The translations under genes and the position numbers were made by a program. From positions 1-47,133 of the IMG/VR virus record IMGVR_UViG_3300032274_000009: a DNA stretch of 47,133 nt; one strand, written 5' to 3'. Below are positions 7,907-17,166 of this stretch, one piece after another (positions within the stretch are counted from its first letter, which is position 1; each line of letters opens with the position of its first letter). The notes beneath the pieces are model-generated. The model searched no databases. It was not told the DNA's origin and saw only the letters and a program-made list of their open reading frames with translations. Origin of the DNA: a virus (Duplodnaviria; Caudoviricetes).

Positions 7907-10002
7907 TACTCGTCGTCCTCGACCTCGAGGCCGTCATGCTCAATGGATACGATCTCCACGTTGGCGTCGGGCTCCCAGCACTCAATCTCGATCTCGTGGC
8001 GCCGCTTCCACTCCCTCCCCAGGGGGACTTCCGTGTGACCGTCTGCTTCAGAGAGGTCAATGAGCCAGTCCGTGTTGGGGTAGTTCGTGTTGTTTCCGGG
8101 CCAAGTGAGGTTGTCGAGGTTGGTCCGACCCGAGGTGTCCCAGGCCTTGGCCGTGCTAGACAGGTCCTCGTAGGTTCGGAGCCGCAGGAGCCTGCTCGAA
8201 GTCTCCGGCTCGAAGGTCACCTGAGCGTAGCGGTTCCTCTTCTTGTCGCTCTTGCGCCGCGCCCCGTAGGCCCGCGTCTTCAGGAGGCAGGGGATCGGCC
8301 CAACCCAGAGAACCTCCGAGGCCGCGGGCTCCGTCGTGAAGGCAGACGCCACGGTAATGATCGAGGCCGTGTTGGAGTTGATCAGCCGATACTCGCGGCT
8401 CAAGGGCTGGTAGAGGTAGCACCCTGCAAGCCCGACATTGTCCGTGGTGAGGGTGTCCGAGACCGTGATCGCAGTTCCCCCGGAGACGCTTGAAGCCGTG
8501 ACGTGCCCGAAGGTTTCGTAGCACCCCTCCGCGGTGCCTCTGTCCGCGAACCATAGGTGACCGTTTTCGTCTCCGTAGAGGACCTTCGGTCCCTCGGAAG
8601 TAGGGACCAGCCGGGCCGAGGAGATCCCCTGGAGCGTCCGTCCCGTGGACCAGGACTGGCTGTCGAGGTCGTATTGAATGTAGCGCCGGGGGTAGGTGTT
8701 GGCGTCCGAGGTGTAGCAGACGTGCCACCGGATCGCCCGGAGGTCGGGGAAAAAGACAACAGAAAAGTTGTCGCTCTTGGTGAAATCAATCGAATCGCGG
8801 AGCTCGTCAACCTGTCGCGAGATCAGTCGGGGGAAGACCCCGTCCCACATGGTCCAGCCCAGGCGGTCCATGGAGTAGACCCGGCCCTCGACCTCCACGA
8901 CACAGTGTTGATTCAGCGCCCCATACTGCTTGCTCAGGGGAATGAGGATCGGGTCCGTGAGAGGTCCCTGATCCCAGGAGAGCTTGAACATGCCGCTCAG
9001 GGAGTAGAACAGCATGGACGCGCCATACCCTACCCCTGCGGTAATGTCCCCGCTCATTTCACTCTGCGGGCCCGTCAGGAACTTCAGAGGCTCGAAGCCC
9101 TCCGGGTAGTCCGGTCGAGAGACCCAGATCGCGTTGGCGCGGCTGAAGAGTTTGTAGGACACCCCGGTGGCTGTGGTGCCGGCGTAGTTCTCTAGGAGTT
9201 GGATTCGGGAGTTGCCGGAGTCGTAGAATTCCACCTCGTAGGACCGAGGGTCCCCGTCGATCTGGAGGAACCAGGGAGTGTCCGCACGAGCCGTAGCGGA
9301 AGACCCCAGGGCAGAGGTGCGCCAGTCCGGGGAGGTCGCTCCCTCAGGAACAAGGTTGCTCCCGTTGGTGACGTTGCAGTTCCCGACCGAGTGGACCACA
9401 GTCCCGAATAGCCAGAGCCGGCTGCGGTGGCTCACGACGTTCTTGGCGACGGGAGGAGGGCGGTGCCCGTCCACGGGCCAAGGGAGAAGTTGGAGCTCGA
9501 TCTGGGGATCGGAAATGTCCACGTCCAGGCTCGAGGCAGTCTGGAGACCCTCGACAGCCTTGAAGAACTCCTCGCCCTCCTCTCCGGGGTTGGCCCCGAC
9601 CAGGGTCATTTCAATGACGATCTTGTCCACCTTGGCGTCGGTGGAGCGGATCATGTTGGCCGTGCCGGTGGTGCTGATTGGGAAGGTGAGCTTCTCCGCT
9701 CCCGCCACGACCTCGACCTCGCGCTCCTCGCTCGGGTCCGACACATACCCCGTCTTGGAGTCCATGTAGCGGTAGCGGAAGAGGTGGACCCCCACCGTGG
9801 TGGAGCCTGCTGCGGTCGTCGGGGCGGGCTGCCAGGTGTCCACGTCCGTGCTAGGGCCCTCCAGGCCCGCGACCTCGAGGGCTGTGCTTCGCCCGTCCCA
9901 GCGCTGCATTTTGTCCCACCCGTTGTTGAGGTAGGAGGTCTTGCGGAACTCGGCCACCGTCGGACGGTGATTGGGAGTCAGGCTGGAGGAGAGGGTGGCC
10001 AC
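7906..10002 (-). CDS. Tail nozzle/DNA stabilization protein (P22 gp10/T7 gp12-like), main part
   Basis: YLNNGWDKMQRWDG, HRSRLWLFG, IWVSRPDYPEGF and YGALNQHCVV motifs typical of podovirus beta-propeller nozzles. Confidence 0.6.
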   Translation of the reverse strand: MATLSSSLTPNHRPTVAEFRKTSYLNNGWDKMQRWDGRSTALEVAGLEGPSTDVDTWQPAPTTAAGSTTVGVHLFRYRYMDSKTGYVSDPSEEREVEVVAGAEKLTFPISTTGTANMIRSTDAKVDKIVIEMTLVGANPGEEGEEFFKAVEGLQTASSLDVDISDPQIELQLLPWPVDGHRPPPVAKNVVSHRSRLWLFGTVVHSVGNCNVTNGSNLVPEGATSPDWRTSALGSSATARADTPWFLQIDGDPRSYEVEFYDSGNSRIQLLENYAGTTATGVSYKLFSRANAIWVSRPDYPEGFEPLKFLTGPQSEMSGDITAGVGYGASMLFYSLSGMFKLSWDQGPLTDPILIPLSKQYGALNQHCVVEVEGRVYSMDRLGWTMWDGVFPRLISRQVDELRDSIDFTKSDNFSVVFFPDLRAIRWHVCYTSDANTYPRRYIQYDLDSQSWSTGRTLQGISSARLVPTSEGPKVLYGDENGHLWFADRGTAEGCYETFGHVTASSVSGGTAITVSDTLTTDNVGLAGCYLYQPLSREYRLINSNTASIITVASAFTTEPAASEVLWVGPIPCLLKTRAYGARRKSDKKRNRYAQVTFEPETSSRLLRLRTYEDLSSTAKAWDTSGRTNLDNLTWPGNNTNYPNTDWLIDLSEADGHTEVPLGREWKRRHEIEIECWEPDANVEIVSIEHDGLEVEDDE

Positions 10003-10316
10003 TACTGGAGCTCGGCGTCAACGTCTCCGAGGCGCTCTGCGCGGAGGACTTGTTTGGCCCACATGGGGATCCCTCCCCCTGAGTCGCGGGCCGCTTCGAT
10101 CCTGAGTTGGGCGAGTTGCAGGGGCGTGAGCCCTCGCTTCTTCGCGGCCTTGCGGATCTTGTGCTCCAGGTCGGGCTTCCATGCTGCGCAGGCCGCGTCG
10201 GCGGCTGCCTGGTCCCCAGATTTCAGAAGAACCTCAAGGGTTCCGTCCTTGTGCTTGCGGACTGATCGCACGTCGTGCCCTGCCGCGACAAGGGCGTCAT
10301 GAATCTCGGCAATCAT
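10002..10316 (-). CDS. Small protein after the tail fibre, possible assembly chaperone (104 aa)
   Basis: ATG in a TAATG overlap with the fibre stop; MIAEIHDALVAAG... Confidence 0.55.
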   Translation of the reverse strand: MIAEIHDALVAAGHDVRSVRKHKDGTLEVLLKSGDQAAADAACAAWKPDLEHKIRKAAKKRGLTPLQLAQLRIEAARDSGGGIPMWAKQVLRAERLGDVDAELQ

Positions 10317-12724
10317 TAGCGCTGCCCTCTGGAGAACATGCCCGACTGAGACGTGTGCGTCCCGGCCCCGTCCCCGAAGAATGTGATCGTGTAGGTGTCG
10401 CTGGTCGAGATCCCTTGGAGGTAATGGAGCCCGATCCCAGGGTAGCCTGCCCACTTGGTCTCGCCCATGAACTCGGCTGCGGTTCCGGAACCGCCGAACC
10501 GGAACCAGACTGCAGCGGTTCGGTCGTAGGTCGTCGTGGAGTCAAGGGCGACCACAAAGGTTCCGATTCCCGCGTCGTCAAAGGTCAGGTGCGCCGACGC
10601 TTCCTTGGGGGTGTCGTCCAACCCGATCACAAACTCGTGCTTCCACGCGGCGTCACCGGAGTTGATCGCAGAGAAGGTCCCGTTGCCGGCCTCGGTCCAC
10701 GAAGAAGTGTCGTGTCCCCAGTCCATGTAGTCCACGCGATTTTGCACGTTCCAAACGAATCTGGCTCGCTCGGCGTCGGTGAACTGGCTGCTGGCGTTGG
10801 AGTAGACCGTGCCGAGGTAGCGCCGGGTGGTGGCGCCGCTCTTGACCCAGACTCCGTCTTGGCGCACCAGGGAGAACCCTGTTCTGGCCGTTGCGCTGGT
10901 CCACACGGCTTCTTCCAGCGTGGCGGTTCCAGCGTTGTCGTAAATGAAAATGTCGTAGGGTCGAGAGGCCGTGGGCGACGAGGGCGTAATGCTGAGGGTG
11001 GTCCCAATGTCGAGATAAGACCAGGAGCTAGAGCCGTCGTATACGGCTGTCTTTTCGCCCACGAAAGGTAGGTAGTAGATCACCGTCTTGGCGGTCTGGT
11101 CTGCTGCGGGCACCGGGTCGGTCGAGGAGAGAGTCAGGCGCCCTCCTGCAATCTCAGGCAACACGGTCCCGCTGCCCGCAGAAGGCGTCGCCCACGCCAC
11201 GTCCGTGCCGTCCGACTCTAGGTGCTGGCCCGAGGTCCCCACGGCCAAAGCGGTCCAGACCGTGGCGTTGCGGTAGAGGATCTGACCCCGGGTGCTTCCG
11301 AAGGCCGAGTCAACGAGGGAGGTGAGCGTCTCGTAGGCCACGTCCGTGCCGTCAGAAGCGAGGACCGTGTTGTCGGCCCCCACAGCATGGACCTCCCATG
11401 CGGAGGCTCCTCGTCGCAGAATGTCACCCCGGGTGTCGCCGAGCGCTGCGGCCAAGAGGGCCGGGACCGTGCGATACAGCACGTCCGTGCCGTCCGAGCT
11501 CAGGACCGTGTTGTTGGTGCCGAGGGCCAAGGCCTCCCACGCGGAGCCCGACCGGCGCAAGACCATACCCTGGGTAGCGCCGAGGGTCGCCAGCGTGGCG
11601 TCCAAGGTCTGGTAGACCACGTCCGTGCCGTCCGAGGCCACGAGGCTTCCCGAGGCCCCCAGCGCAAGCCGGGTCCACAGGGGGCTGGCGGTCTGGCCCG
11701 TGACCAAGTCGCCCCGGAGAACCGTGCCTGCAGTCGTGTCGGAGTGGACCGTGCCGTCGAGGAGGGCGTTGGTTCCTGCGCCACCGCCCGTGAGGTCCGT
11801 GCTCCAGATCGGGACGCCGCCCGAGAGCTTCAGGACCTGGCCGTTGGTTCCGACCCCGAGGTTGGTGAGGTTGGCCCCGTCGTAGTAGAGCACGTCGCCC
11901 GTGGCGAAGGTGATACCCGAGAGGTCCGTGAGGATCGCGTCGAGGGGCTGGAAAGACCCCGCTCCCACGGCAGCCCAGGAAGGGATCCCAGAGGCCAGCG
12001 TGAGGACCTCTCCGTCAGAGCCCTTGGCGAGGCGTTGCACCTCGTTGGACCCGTCAATGTAGAGCACGTCGCCCGAGACCAGGCTCAGGGCCGAGAGTTC
12101 CGTCAGGCTGGCGTCAACGGTCTGGTAGACCGTGGGAGTTGCCCACGAGGGGATCCCTGAGGCCAGCGTGAGGACCTGTCCGTCTGACCCCTTGGCGAGG
12201 CGCTGCACCTCGGGAGTGGCGTCAATGTAGAAGGTGTCCCCTGCGACCAGGGAGAGCGCTGAGAGTTCCGTCAGGCTGGCGTCGAGGGGCTGGCCCCCGA
12301 GGTTGCTGAGGGCCGCGCCAGCGGTGCTAGCGCCCGTCCCGCCGTCTGTCACGGGAACGTCCGTCCCTCCGACCACGTAACTTGGTGCGGTGAGGTGCTC
12401 GTTGCGTCTTCCGGCTGCGCTCCAGGGCTTGCCCCCGTAGGGAGCCTTGCTCAACCCGAGCCCAGTAGTAGGCGTTCCGAACCATGCCACCCCCGCGACC
12501 GGGATCCCGAAGACCCCGCCGTTTTCCTCAGTGAGAACGTCGTCCACCGTGACGTTGGTGGCGTCCGTGACCGTGTTGATCCGGTAGACCCCGTCGGCGC
12601 TGCCTCCGAAGAAGGCCCCAATGTGGTCGTTCGCGGTCATGGAGGCAGTGGAATCCACGACGAGGTTGTAGTTACCCCCGCCATTGTCGACCGCGCTCGA
12701 GATTGTGAAGGTGCCACTAGCCAC
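10316..12724 (-). CDS. Long tail fibre protein (802 aa)
   Basis: Repeated GD.(L/F)Y....RLAKG.DGQVL....G.PSW and RG.IL.R....W.AL..G....VL.SDGTDV units; C-terminal GGRLTL...RRYLGT domain. Confidence 0.8.
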   Translation of the reverse strand: MASGTFTISSAVDNGGGNYNLVVDSTASMTANDHIGAFFGGSADGVYRINTVTDATNVTVDDVLTEENGGVFGIPVAGVAWFGTPTTGLGLSKAPYGGKPWSAAGRRNEHLTAPSYVVGGTDVPVTDGGTGASTAGAALSNLGGQPLDASLTELSALSLVAGDTFYIDATPEVQRLAKGSDGQVLTLASGIPSWATPTVYQTVDASLTELSALSLVSGDVLYIDGSNEVQRLAKGSDGEVLTLASGIPSWAAVGAGSFQPLDAILTDLSGITFATGDVLYYDGANLTNLGVGTNGQVLKLSGGVPIWSTDLTGGGAGTNALLDGTVHSDTTAGTVLRGDLVTGQTASPLWTRLALGASGSLVASDGTDVVYQTLDATLATLGATQGMVLRRSGSAWEALALGTNNTVLSSDGTDVLYRTVPALLAAALGDTRGDILRRGASAWEVHAVGADNTVLASDGTDVAYETLTSLVDSAFGSTRGQILYRNATVWTALAVGTSGQHLESDGTDVAWATPSAGSGTVLPEIAGGRLTLSSTDPVPAADQTAKTVIYYLPFVGEKTAVYDGSSSWSYLDIGTTLSITPSSPTASRPYDIFIYDNAGTATLEEAVWTSATARTGFSLVRQDGVWVKSGATTRRYLGTVYSNASSQFTDAERARFVWNVQNRVDYMDWGHDTSSWTEAGNGTFSAINSGDAAWKHEFVIGLDDTPKEASAHLTFDDAGIGTFVVALDSTTTYDRTAAVWFRFGGSGTAAEFMGETKWAGYPGIGLHYLQGISTSDTYTITFFGDGAGTHTSQSGMFSRGQR
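11982..12283. repeat. Recent tandem duplication in the tail fibre gene (168-nt period)
   Basis: 11982-12115 and 12150-12283 are highly similar in DNA; both encode DASLTELSALSLV.GD..YID...EVQRLAKGSDG.VLTLASGIP. Confidence 0.85.
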
Positions 12725-13067
12725 CGTATCCTCCTTCGCCGTAGCCCAGGACCCCGTAGCCGTCCGTGATAGGCGCGACCGTGTTGGGCTGGATCACGAC
12801 GTTGGCGAAGCCTTGGGCGTTGGTGCCCTCGACCATGAGCAAAGCGTAGTCGGACCCGGGGAGGTCCATGCCAATGATTGCCGTGATAGCGCTGGATTGC
12901 TTCGCAACGTTGGAGTGGAGCATACCACGGCGGCGCTTCCACGATCCTTGCTTGTAACGGTTGGACCCCATGTCCTCTTGGCAGAACCCTGCCGGCATGT
13001 GGATCCGAGACACGTCCTTGCGGAGGCCGCGAAAACTGCGGATCTCTTCAGGCCTGGAGCGTCTCAC
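12717..13067 (-). CDS. Probable detached N-terminal segment of the tail nozzle protein (116 aa)
   Basis: F.GL......MP.G...........G.W.RR.G resembles nozzle N-termini; occupies the nozzle position after the adaptor; ends GYGVLGYGEGGYGG. Confidence 0.45.
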   Translation of the reverse strand: MRRSRPEEIRSFRGLRKDVSRIHMPAGFCQEDMGSNRYKQGSWKRRRGMLHSNVAKQSSAITAIIGMDLPGSDYALLMVEGTNAQGFANVVIQPNTVAPITDGYGVLGYGEGGYGG

Positions 13068-13070
13068 GGG

Positions 13071-14015
13071 CTAGTCCTCGTCTGGGCCTACGGGCCAGTG
13101 GTGGCTGTAGGTGATCGGGCTCCGGCTCATGCGAGGCCGCAGCATGTTGATCTGGCCCGTGATCGGATACTTGTTGTTGTCGATCCCCTTGTAGCGCCGA
13201 AGGGCGTCCTCAAACTCCACCCGGGCGAGTTTGTAGGGGATCGGGGCGTCGGCCCCCTGAGTGACTGCGGCCTCAAGGCTGATAGCCTTCTGGAGCAGGT
13301 CGAGCCAGTGATCGGGCCACTCAATCTCGGTGGCGTCCGTCGTGGCCGTGGTGTAGACCGTGGGCCCCTTGCGGTAGGTGATCCCCAGTTTGATCCGCTC
13401 CGCGCCCGGGTGCGGCCAGATCTCCAACTTCCCGTCCCGAAAGGTCGCCAGTTGCGGGTAGTTACCCCGTTGGGTGACGTTGTTCGCGGAGATCGAATCG
13501 AACTCCTGGCTGGAGACGACTCGGATCGAGAGGAAGGTCTTGAGGTTCTGGACCCGGACGACCTGGAGGGCGTTGTCAGGGAGCTCGAAGCGCCTCTTGA
13601 TCCAGTAGTAGGTGCTGCCGGTAGCGGTGGACTCGATCCACTCGTCGCCGGCCCGCATGGTCGCGTTCTGGTTGGTGGGGCTGTCGTCAATGCTGGCGAG
13701 GCGGAAGGTCTGGTAATTGTCCCCCGTGATCACGAGGTCCCACTCCTCGGTCACATACTTGGCGAGGAAGGTCTCCGCTGCCGTGAGGACCAGGGCCAGG
13801 CTGTCCTGGGTGACGTTGAGCGCTACCCCCGTCTCCTGAGGAGGGACGTTGATCTTGCGCTCGTGCTCGTGCTCGTCCCAGGAGAACTCCGCATGGAGCC
13901 GGCTGAGGGCCGAGTTGATCCAGACCACGAACTCCCGTTGAGCCGTGGAGCCGCTGGAGTCGGGGCTTGCGATCTCGCCGCAGAAGGTCTTGAGGTCAGC
14001 GAAGGTGATCGCCAT
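13071..14015 (-). CDS. Head-tail adaptor (P22 gp4/T7 gp11-like)
   Basis: ITFADLK...WINSAL.RL..EFSW start, FELPD, LEIWPHP, IEWPDHWLDLL; position after the capsid genes. Confidence 0.7.
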   Translation of the reverse strand: MAITFADLKTFCGEIASPDSSGSTAQREFVVWINSALSRLHAEFSWDEHEHERKINVPPQETGVALNVTQDSLALVLTAAETFLAKYVTEEWDLVITGDNYQTFRLASIDDSPTNQNATMRAGDEWIESTATGSTYYWIKRRFELPDNALQVVRVQNLKTFLSIRVVSSQEFDSISANNVTQRGNYPQLATFRDGKLEIWPHPGAERIKLGITYRKGPTVYTTATTDATEIEWPDHWLDLLQKAISLEAAVTQGADAPIPYKLARVEFEDALRRYKGIDNNKYPITGQINMLRPRMSRSPITYSHHWPVGPDED

Positions 14016-14033
14016 TTGGCACCTACATAGAAT

Positions 14034-14063
14034 CAGCCGCCCGGCGTGCGGGCCGGGCGGCTG
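14034..14063 (-). terminator. GC-rich hairpin after the capsid/decoration genes
   Basis: Perfect 12-bp stem CAGCCGCCCGGC/GCCGGGCGGCTG, 6-nt loop, only a weak U-tract. Confidence 0.6.
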
Positions 14064-14089
14064 GTCCTACAAGCGAGAGAGTGGTTCTG

Positions 14090-14626
14090 CTAGTTGAGCT
14101 TCTTGACAATGTCCGCGAGAGCGGTGTCACCGTCGGAGGCCACCGCAGCGACCGCAATGGCGAAGGTCTCGCCTTCGGCCCAGGTCGTGCCAGCCGTCGC
14201 GGCCTCTTCAAACTTGCCGGTGTCCGTGTCGCCCGAGCAGCGAATGTAGTCGCCAATCGCGCCCCAGGCCGTGCCGTCACCGAGTTCCGCCGTGAAGCGT
14301 CCGTCGATCTGAGCCCAGAAGAGGTCGTTGTCGTCCAGGTCCACCTGGCCTCCGACCGTCAGACCGACGCAGCGGTCGGTGACTGCCGTGCAGGGCTTCA
14401 CGTCGAAGGACGACCGGGTCGTATAGATCAGGGCCCGAGCCGCCGTGGCGGGCAGCGAGGACACCCCCGCAGCCAAGTCGAGGCGCACCAAACGGTAGCG
14501 CTTGCCGTCGAGGCCCTCGATCTCGGTGCCGAGTTGCTTGGTCATTTCGGTGATCGCGAGGGACGAGGCCGAAACCTTGTCCCCGATTGCGATAGTTCCG
14601 ATTGATCCGTGGATTCCACCAGCCAT
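14090..14626 (-). CDS. Capsid decoration/cement protein
   Basis: Follows the MCP, strong GGAGG RBS; GKRYRLV and FWAQIDG motifs. Confidence 0.6.
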   Translation of the reverse strand: MAGGIHGSIGTIAIGDKVSASSLAITEMTKQLGTEIEGLDGKRYRLVRLDLAAGVSSLPATAARALIYTTRSSFDVKPCTAVTDRCVGLTVGGQVDLDDNDLFWAQIDGRFTAELGDGTAWGAIGDYIRCSGDTDTGKFEEAATAGTTWAEGETFAIAVAAVASDGDTALADIVKKLN

Positions 14627-14650
14627 GTTTGTTTCTCCTCCTAGCCTGTG

Positions 14651-15730
14651 CTAGGAAATGTCCGCGAGCTTGACGAAGTGACGGGGGCTCATGAAGCAGA
14701 AGTTGCCGTAGAGCTTGAGAATGATCTCGTCACCCTGGTAGCTGCTGTTGAAGGTGATCTTCGACCGGAACAGGTTCTTGCTGTTGGCCGGGCCGAGCAC
14801 GTCGAAATACATGCGGTCGGTCGTGAGGCCGTAGCCTCGAACCGTGTCGCTGTTGCTGTCCGTGGTCGGGACGCTGGCGTCCCAAGTGACCGGGACTCCG
14901 TCGAGCATGACGTTGTTCTCGAAGCCGAGTTGGACCAGTTTCGTGGCCGAGCCCCGCGAGACGGGGATCCGCTCCTTGTCGTCCAGAAGGTCGAGGAGCT
15001 CCTTGAAGGAGTCCTGGTTCAGGAGGAAGAGGTCCACCTGGCCGCCCATGTTGCCGTAGTCGGCTTCGAGGCGAGCGGTGCGGAGGTAGGAGTCGCCGTA
15101 GGCGCTCCAGGCCTGGGTCGCTGCCGAGACCGTGCGGTTGGTGTTGACGATCACCGGGGTCCAGAGCTTGGGCTGGGCCGAGGTGCCGACCGCGTTGGCG
15201 ACCTTGCTCAGGCCCCCGTAGGTGCCGGTGACGCTGGTGGCGAGCTTGTCAGTGGCCGTCTGAGCGCCGATACCCGAGAAGAGAGTCTCGAGACCGTCGA
15301 AGTCGTCCGAGTCGGCGAGGCTGTCCGCGAAGACCTTGTCGGCCAGGCCGCGAAGCGCGCCCTCTCGCATGACCTGCTCACGATTCGCGAAGACGCGGAT
15401 CATGGCCTCGGCGCCACCCTGCTCCAGCTTCTCCTTCTCGGAAATGAAGTCCGAGACGTAGTAGCCCTTGCGGGTCAGGGTCGCAGCCGTCTTCGTGTTC
15501 TTCCGAGCGAAGGACACCGGTTGCATGTCGGCGAGGGGCTGGAGGGCGTGGTCGGCCTTACGGACAACCCAGCGGGTCTGGTGACCGCTGCGGCCCGTGC
15601 GGATCCGGCCCTTGGAGTTGAGCATGGAGAAGACAATGAGACGCTTGACCGTCTCCTCGTCCACCATTTTGGCCCACTCTTCGATAGTGGTCTGTGCGAC
15701 CCTCTCTGAAGTTCCGATACCACCAGCCAT
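14651..15730 (-). CDS. Major capsid protein (359 aa)
   Basis: Follows the scaffold; AGGAG RBS; FDGLE and LGFENNVMLDGVPVTWD motifs; typical size. Confidence 0.8.
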   Translation of the reverse strand: MAGGIGTSERVAQTTIEEWAKMVDEETVKRLIVFSMLNSKGRIRTGRSGHQTRWVVRKADHALQPLADMQPVSFARKNTKTAATLTRKGYYVSDFISEKEKLEQGGAEAMIRVFANREQVMREGALRGLADKVFADSLADSDDFDGLETLFSGIGAQTATDKLATSVTGTYGGLSKVANAVGTSAQPKLWTPVIVNTNRTVSAATQAWSAYGDSYLRTARLEADYGNMGGQVDLFLLNQDSFKELLDLLDDKERIPVSRGSATKLVQLGFENNVMLDGVPVTWDASVPTTDSNSDTVRGYGLTTDRMYFDVLGPANSKNLFRSKITFNSSYQGDEIILKLYGNFCFMSPRHFVKLADIS

Positions 15731-15750
15731 TTGGCTCTCCTGTTAGGGGG

Positions 15751-16758
15751 CTAAACGTCCCCCTGCAATCTGAGTCGCTCTGCGAAGTCGGCGAGATCTT
15801 CGCCGGGTTGGAGCTTCAGTTTCGGTTTCTGATTCTGGGGGGCTGCTGGAGCTCCCCGTCCTCGCTTCTTGGCCGACCGTCGGTTGGCCTTGACTTGCTT
15901 CTCTCGTGCCGCGATCTTGCGCTCGCGTGCGGCCAGGGCCGCTTCCTTCTGCTCGAATCGGAACCTGTCGGCGGCTGCCTCGAGGGTCTTCTGCTGGACC
16001 TTCCAGTCCCGGGAGTTCGCTCCAGGGAGAGTGTGGTAGATCTTCGCGATCCGCTCTTTGTCTGACGCGGTCATGTCGCCAAGGGCGCTGACCGATTGTT
16101 TTGCCTGCCGGTCGTGGTAGTCCTGAATGACGGGCTTGAGTGCTTCGGCCACGTCCCGGAGAACCGCTTCTCGGAGTTTCCCCTCGTATCGCTGTTCGGG
16201 CTTTGCTGCGTAGCGGGCCTCCCGTTTGGCGTAGTCCTGGGCGACCTCGAGCGCTCTGCGCTTCGTGACTTCGTCCATTCCTTCGAGGTTCCCGCCAAAG
16301 CCCAGGGCTGCCTGGATCGCTTCGAGGGGGAGGTCAGGCTCTCGGGGAGCCTGGGGCTGAGGTGCAGGGCGCTGTTGAGACTTGATCAACTCAAGGGCCT
16401 GGCTCAACTGGCTTTGGAGTTCTCCGACTGACTTGCGAAGGTCTGCGACTTCGTCGTCGCTCTCGGGGGCGTCCTCGGCCTCTTCGACCTCGTCTGCCTC
16501 TTCTTCGTCGTCGGAGGCTTCCGCCTCTTCCGGGTCGTCCTCTTCGGACGGCTCGCCCTCGAGCTCCTCGACTTCGGGATCGACCGCCGTGTCCGCGACT
16601 TCGTCGCCTTCGGCAGGATCCTCTTCGGAGGAGTCCTCGGGGCCGACCTCTTCGGCGACCTCGGGCTGATCTTCGGGTTCTTCGCCGGCGAGCCGAGTCT
16701 GAACTTCGTCAATCAGTTGGTCAAAAGATACCACAGGTTTCTCGCTGTCTTCCGACAT
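15751..16758 (-). CDS. Scaffolding protein (335 aa, start MSEDSEK)
   Basis: Very acidic disordered N-terminus, coiled coil, basic C-terminus; directly upstream of the MCP. Confidence 0.75.
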   Translation of the reverse strand: MSEDSEKPVVSFDQLIDEVQTRLAGEEPEDQPEVAEEVGPEDSSEEDPAEGDEVADTAVDPEVEELEGEPSEEDDPEEAEASDDEEEADEVEEAEDAPESDDEVADLRKSVGELQSQLSQALELIKSQQRPAPQPQAPREPDLPLEAIQAALGFGGNLEGMDEVTKRRALEVAQDYAKREARYAAKPEQRYEGKLREAVLRDVAEALKPVIQDYHDRQAKQSVSALGDMTASDKERIAKIYHTLPGANSRDWKVQQKTLEAAADRFRFEQKEAALAARERKIAAREKQVKANRRSAKKRGRGAPAAPQNQKPKLKLQPGEDLADFAERLRLQGDV

Positions 16759-16760
16759 TT

Positions 16761-17165
16761 TCAATTTTCCTTCTGAGCGTCGGGAATAAACCCCTTCGCT
16801 TCCGCACGTTTGTAGGCCTTCTCGACCATTTCCTTGCTCGACATGGGGTCTGCGCCGGCTTTGGCGTTTGCCACGTCTTGGAGAGATCTCTCCCCGACCA
16901 GCCACCCCTGGCGCTTGCGCTTGTCGATCAGCCGTTGGAGCGACCGGGGTCCGCTCACGTAGGCGTCGGGATCGTTGGGGTGGGCCGCGAGGTCCTCCCG
17001 GTAGTCGTTCCCCATTCCGTCCGCACCCCTGAGGGCTCGGGAGGATCGCTTGAGGAAGGGCCTCCCGATCTTGCCCTTCATGGCCTCCCGGTGGCGGGCC
17101 CTCTTCTCGTCCCAGGTCTCACCCGGGAGTGGAGGGAAGTCTTCGATTGGGACGTATCCACTCAT
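16761..17165 (-). CDS. Hypothetical head-module protein (134 aa)
   Basis: GGAGG RBS; YREDLAAHPNDPDAYV motif; between portal and scaffold. Confidence 0.65.
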   Translation of the reverse strand: MSGYVPIEDFPPLPGETWDEKRARHREAMKGKIGRPFLKRSSRALRGADGMGNDYREDLAAHPNDPDAYVSGPRSLQRLIDKRKRQGWLVGERSLQDVANAKAGADPMSSKEMVEKAYKRAEAKGFIPDAQKEN

Positions 17166-17166
17166 G

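Noticed and set aside
6512-12724. Gin/Cin-type invertible tail-fibre cassette controlled by the serine recombinase
   Set aside because: No inverted fibre-tip ORF or flanking inverted repeats seen, and the recombinase is more than 12 kb away
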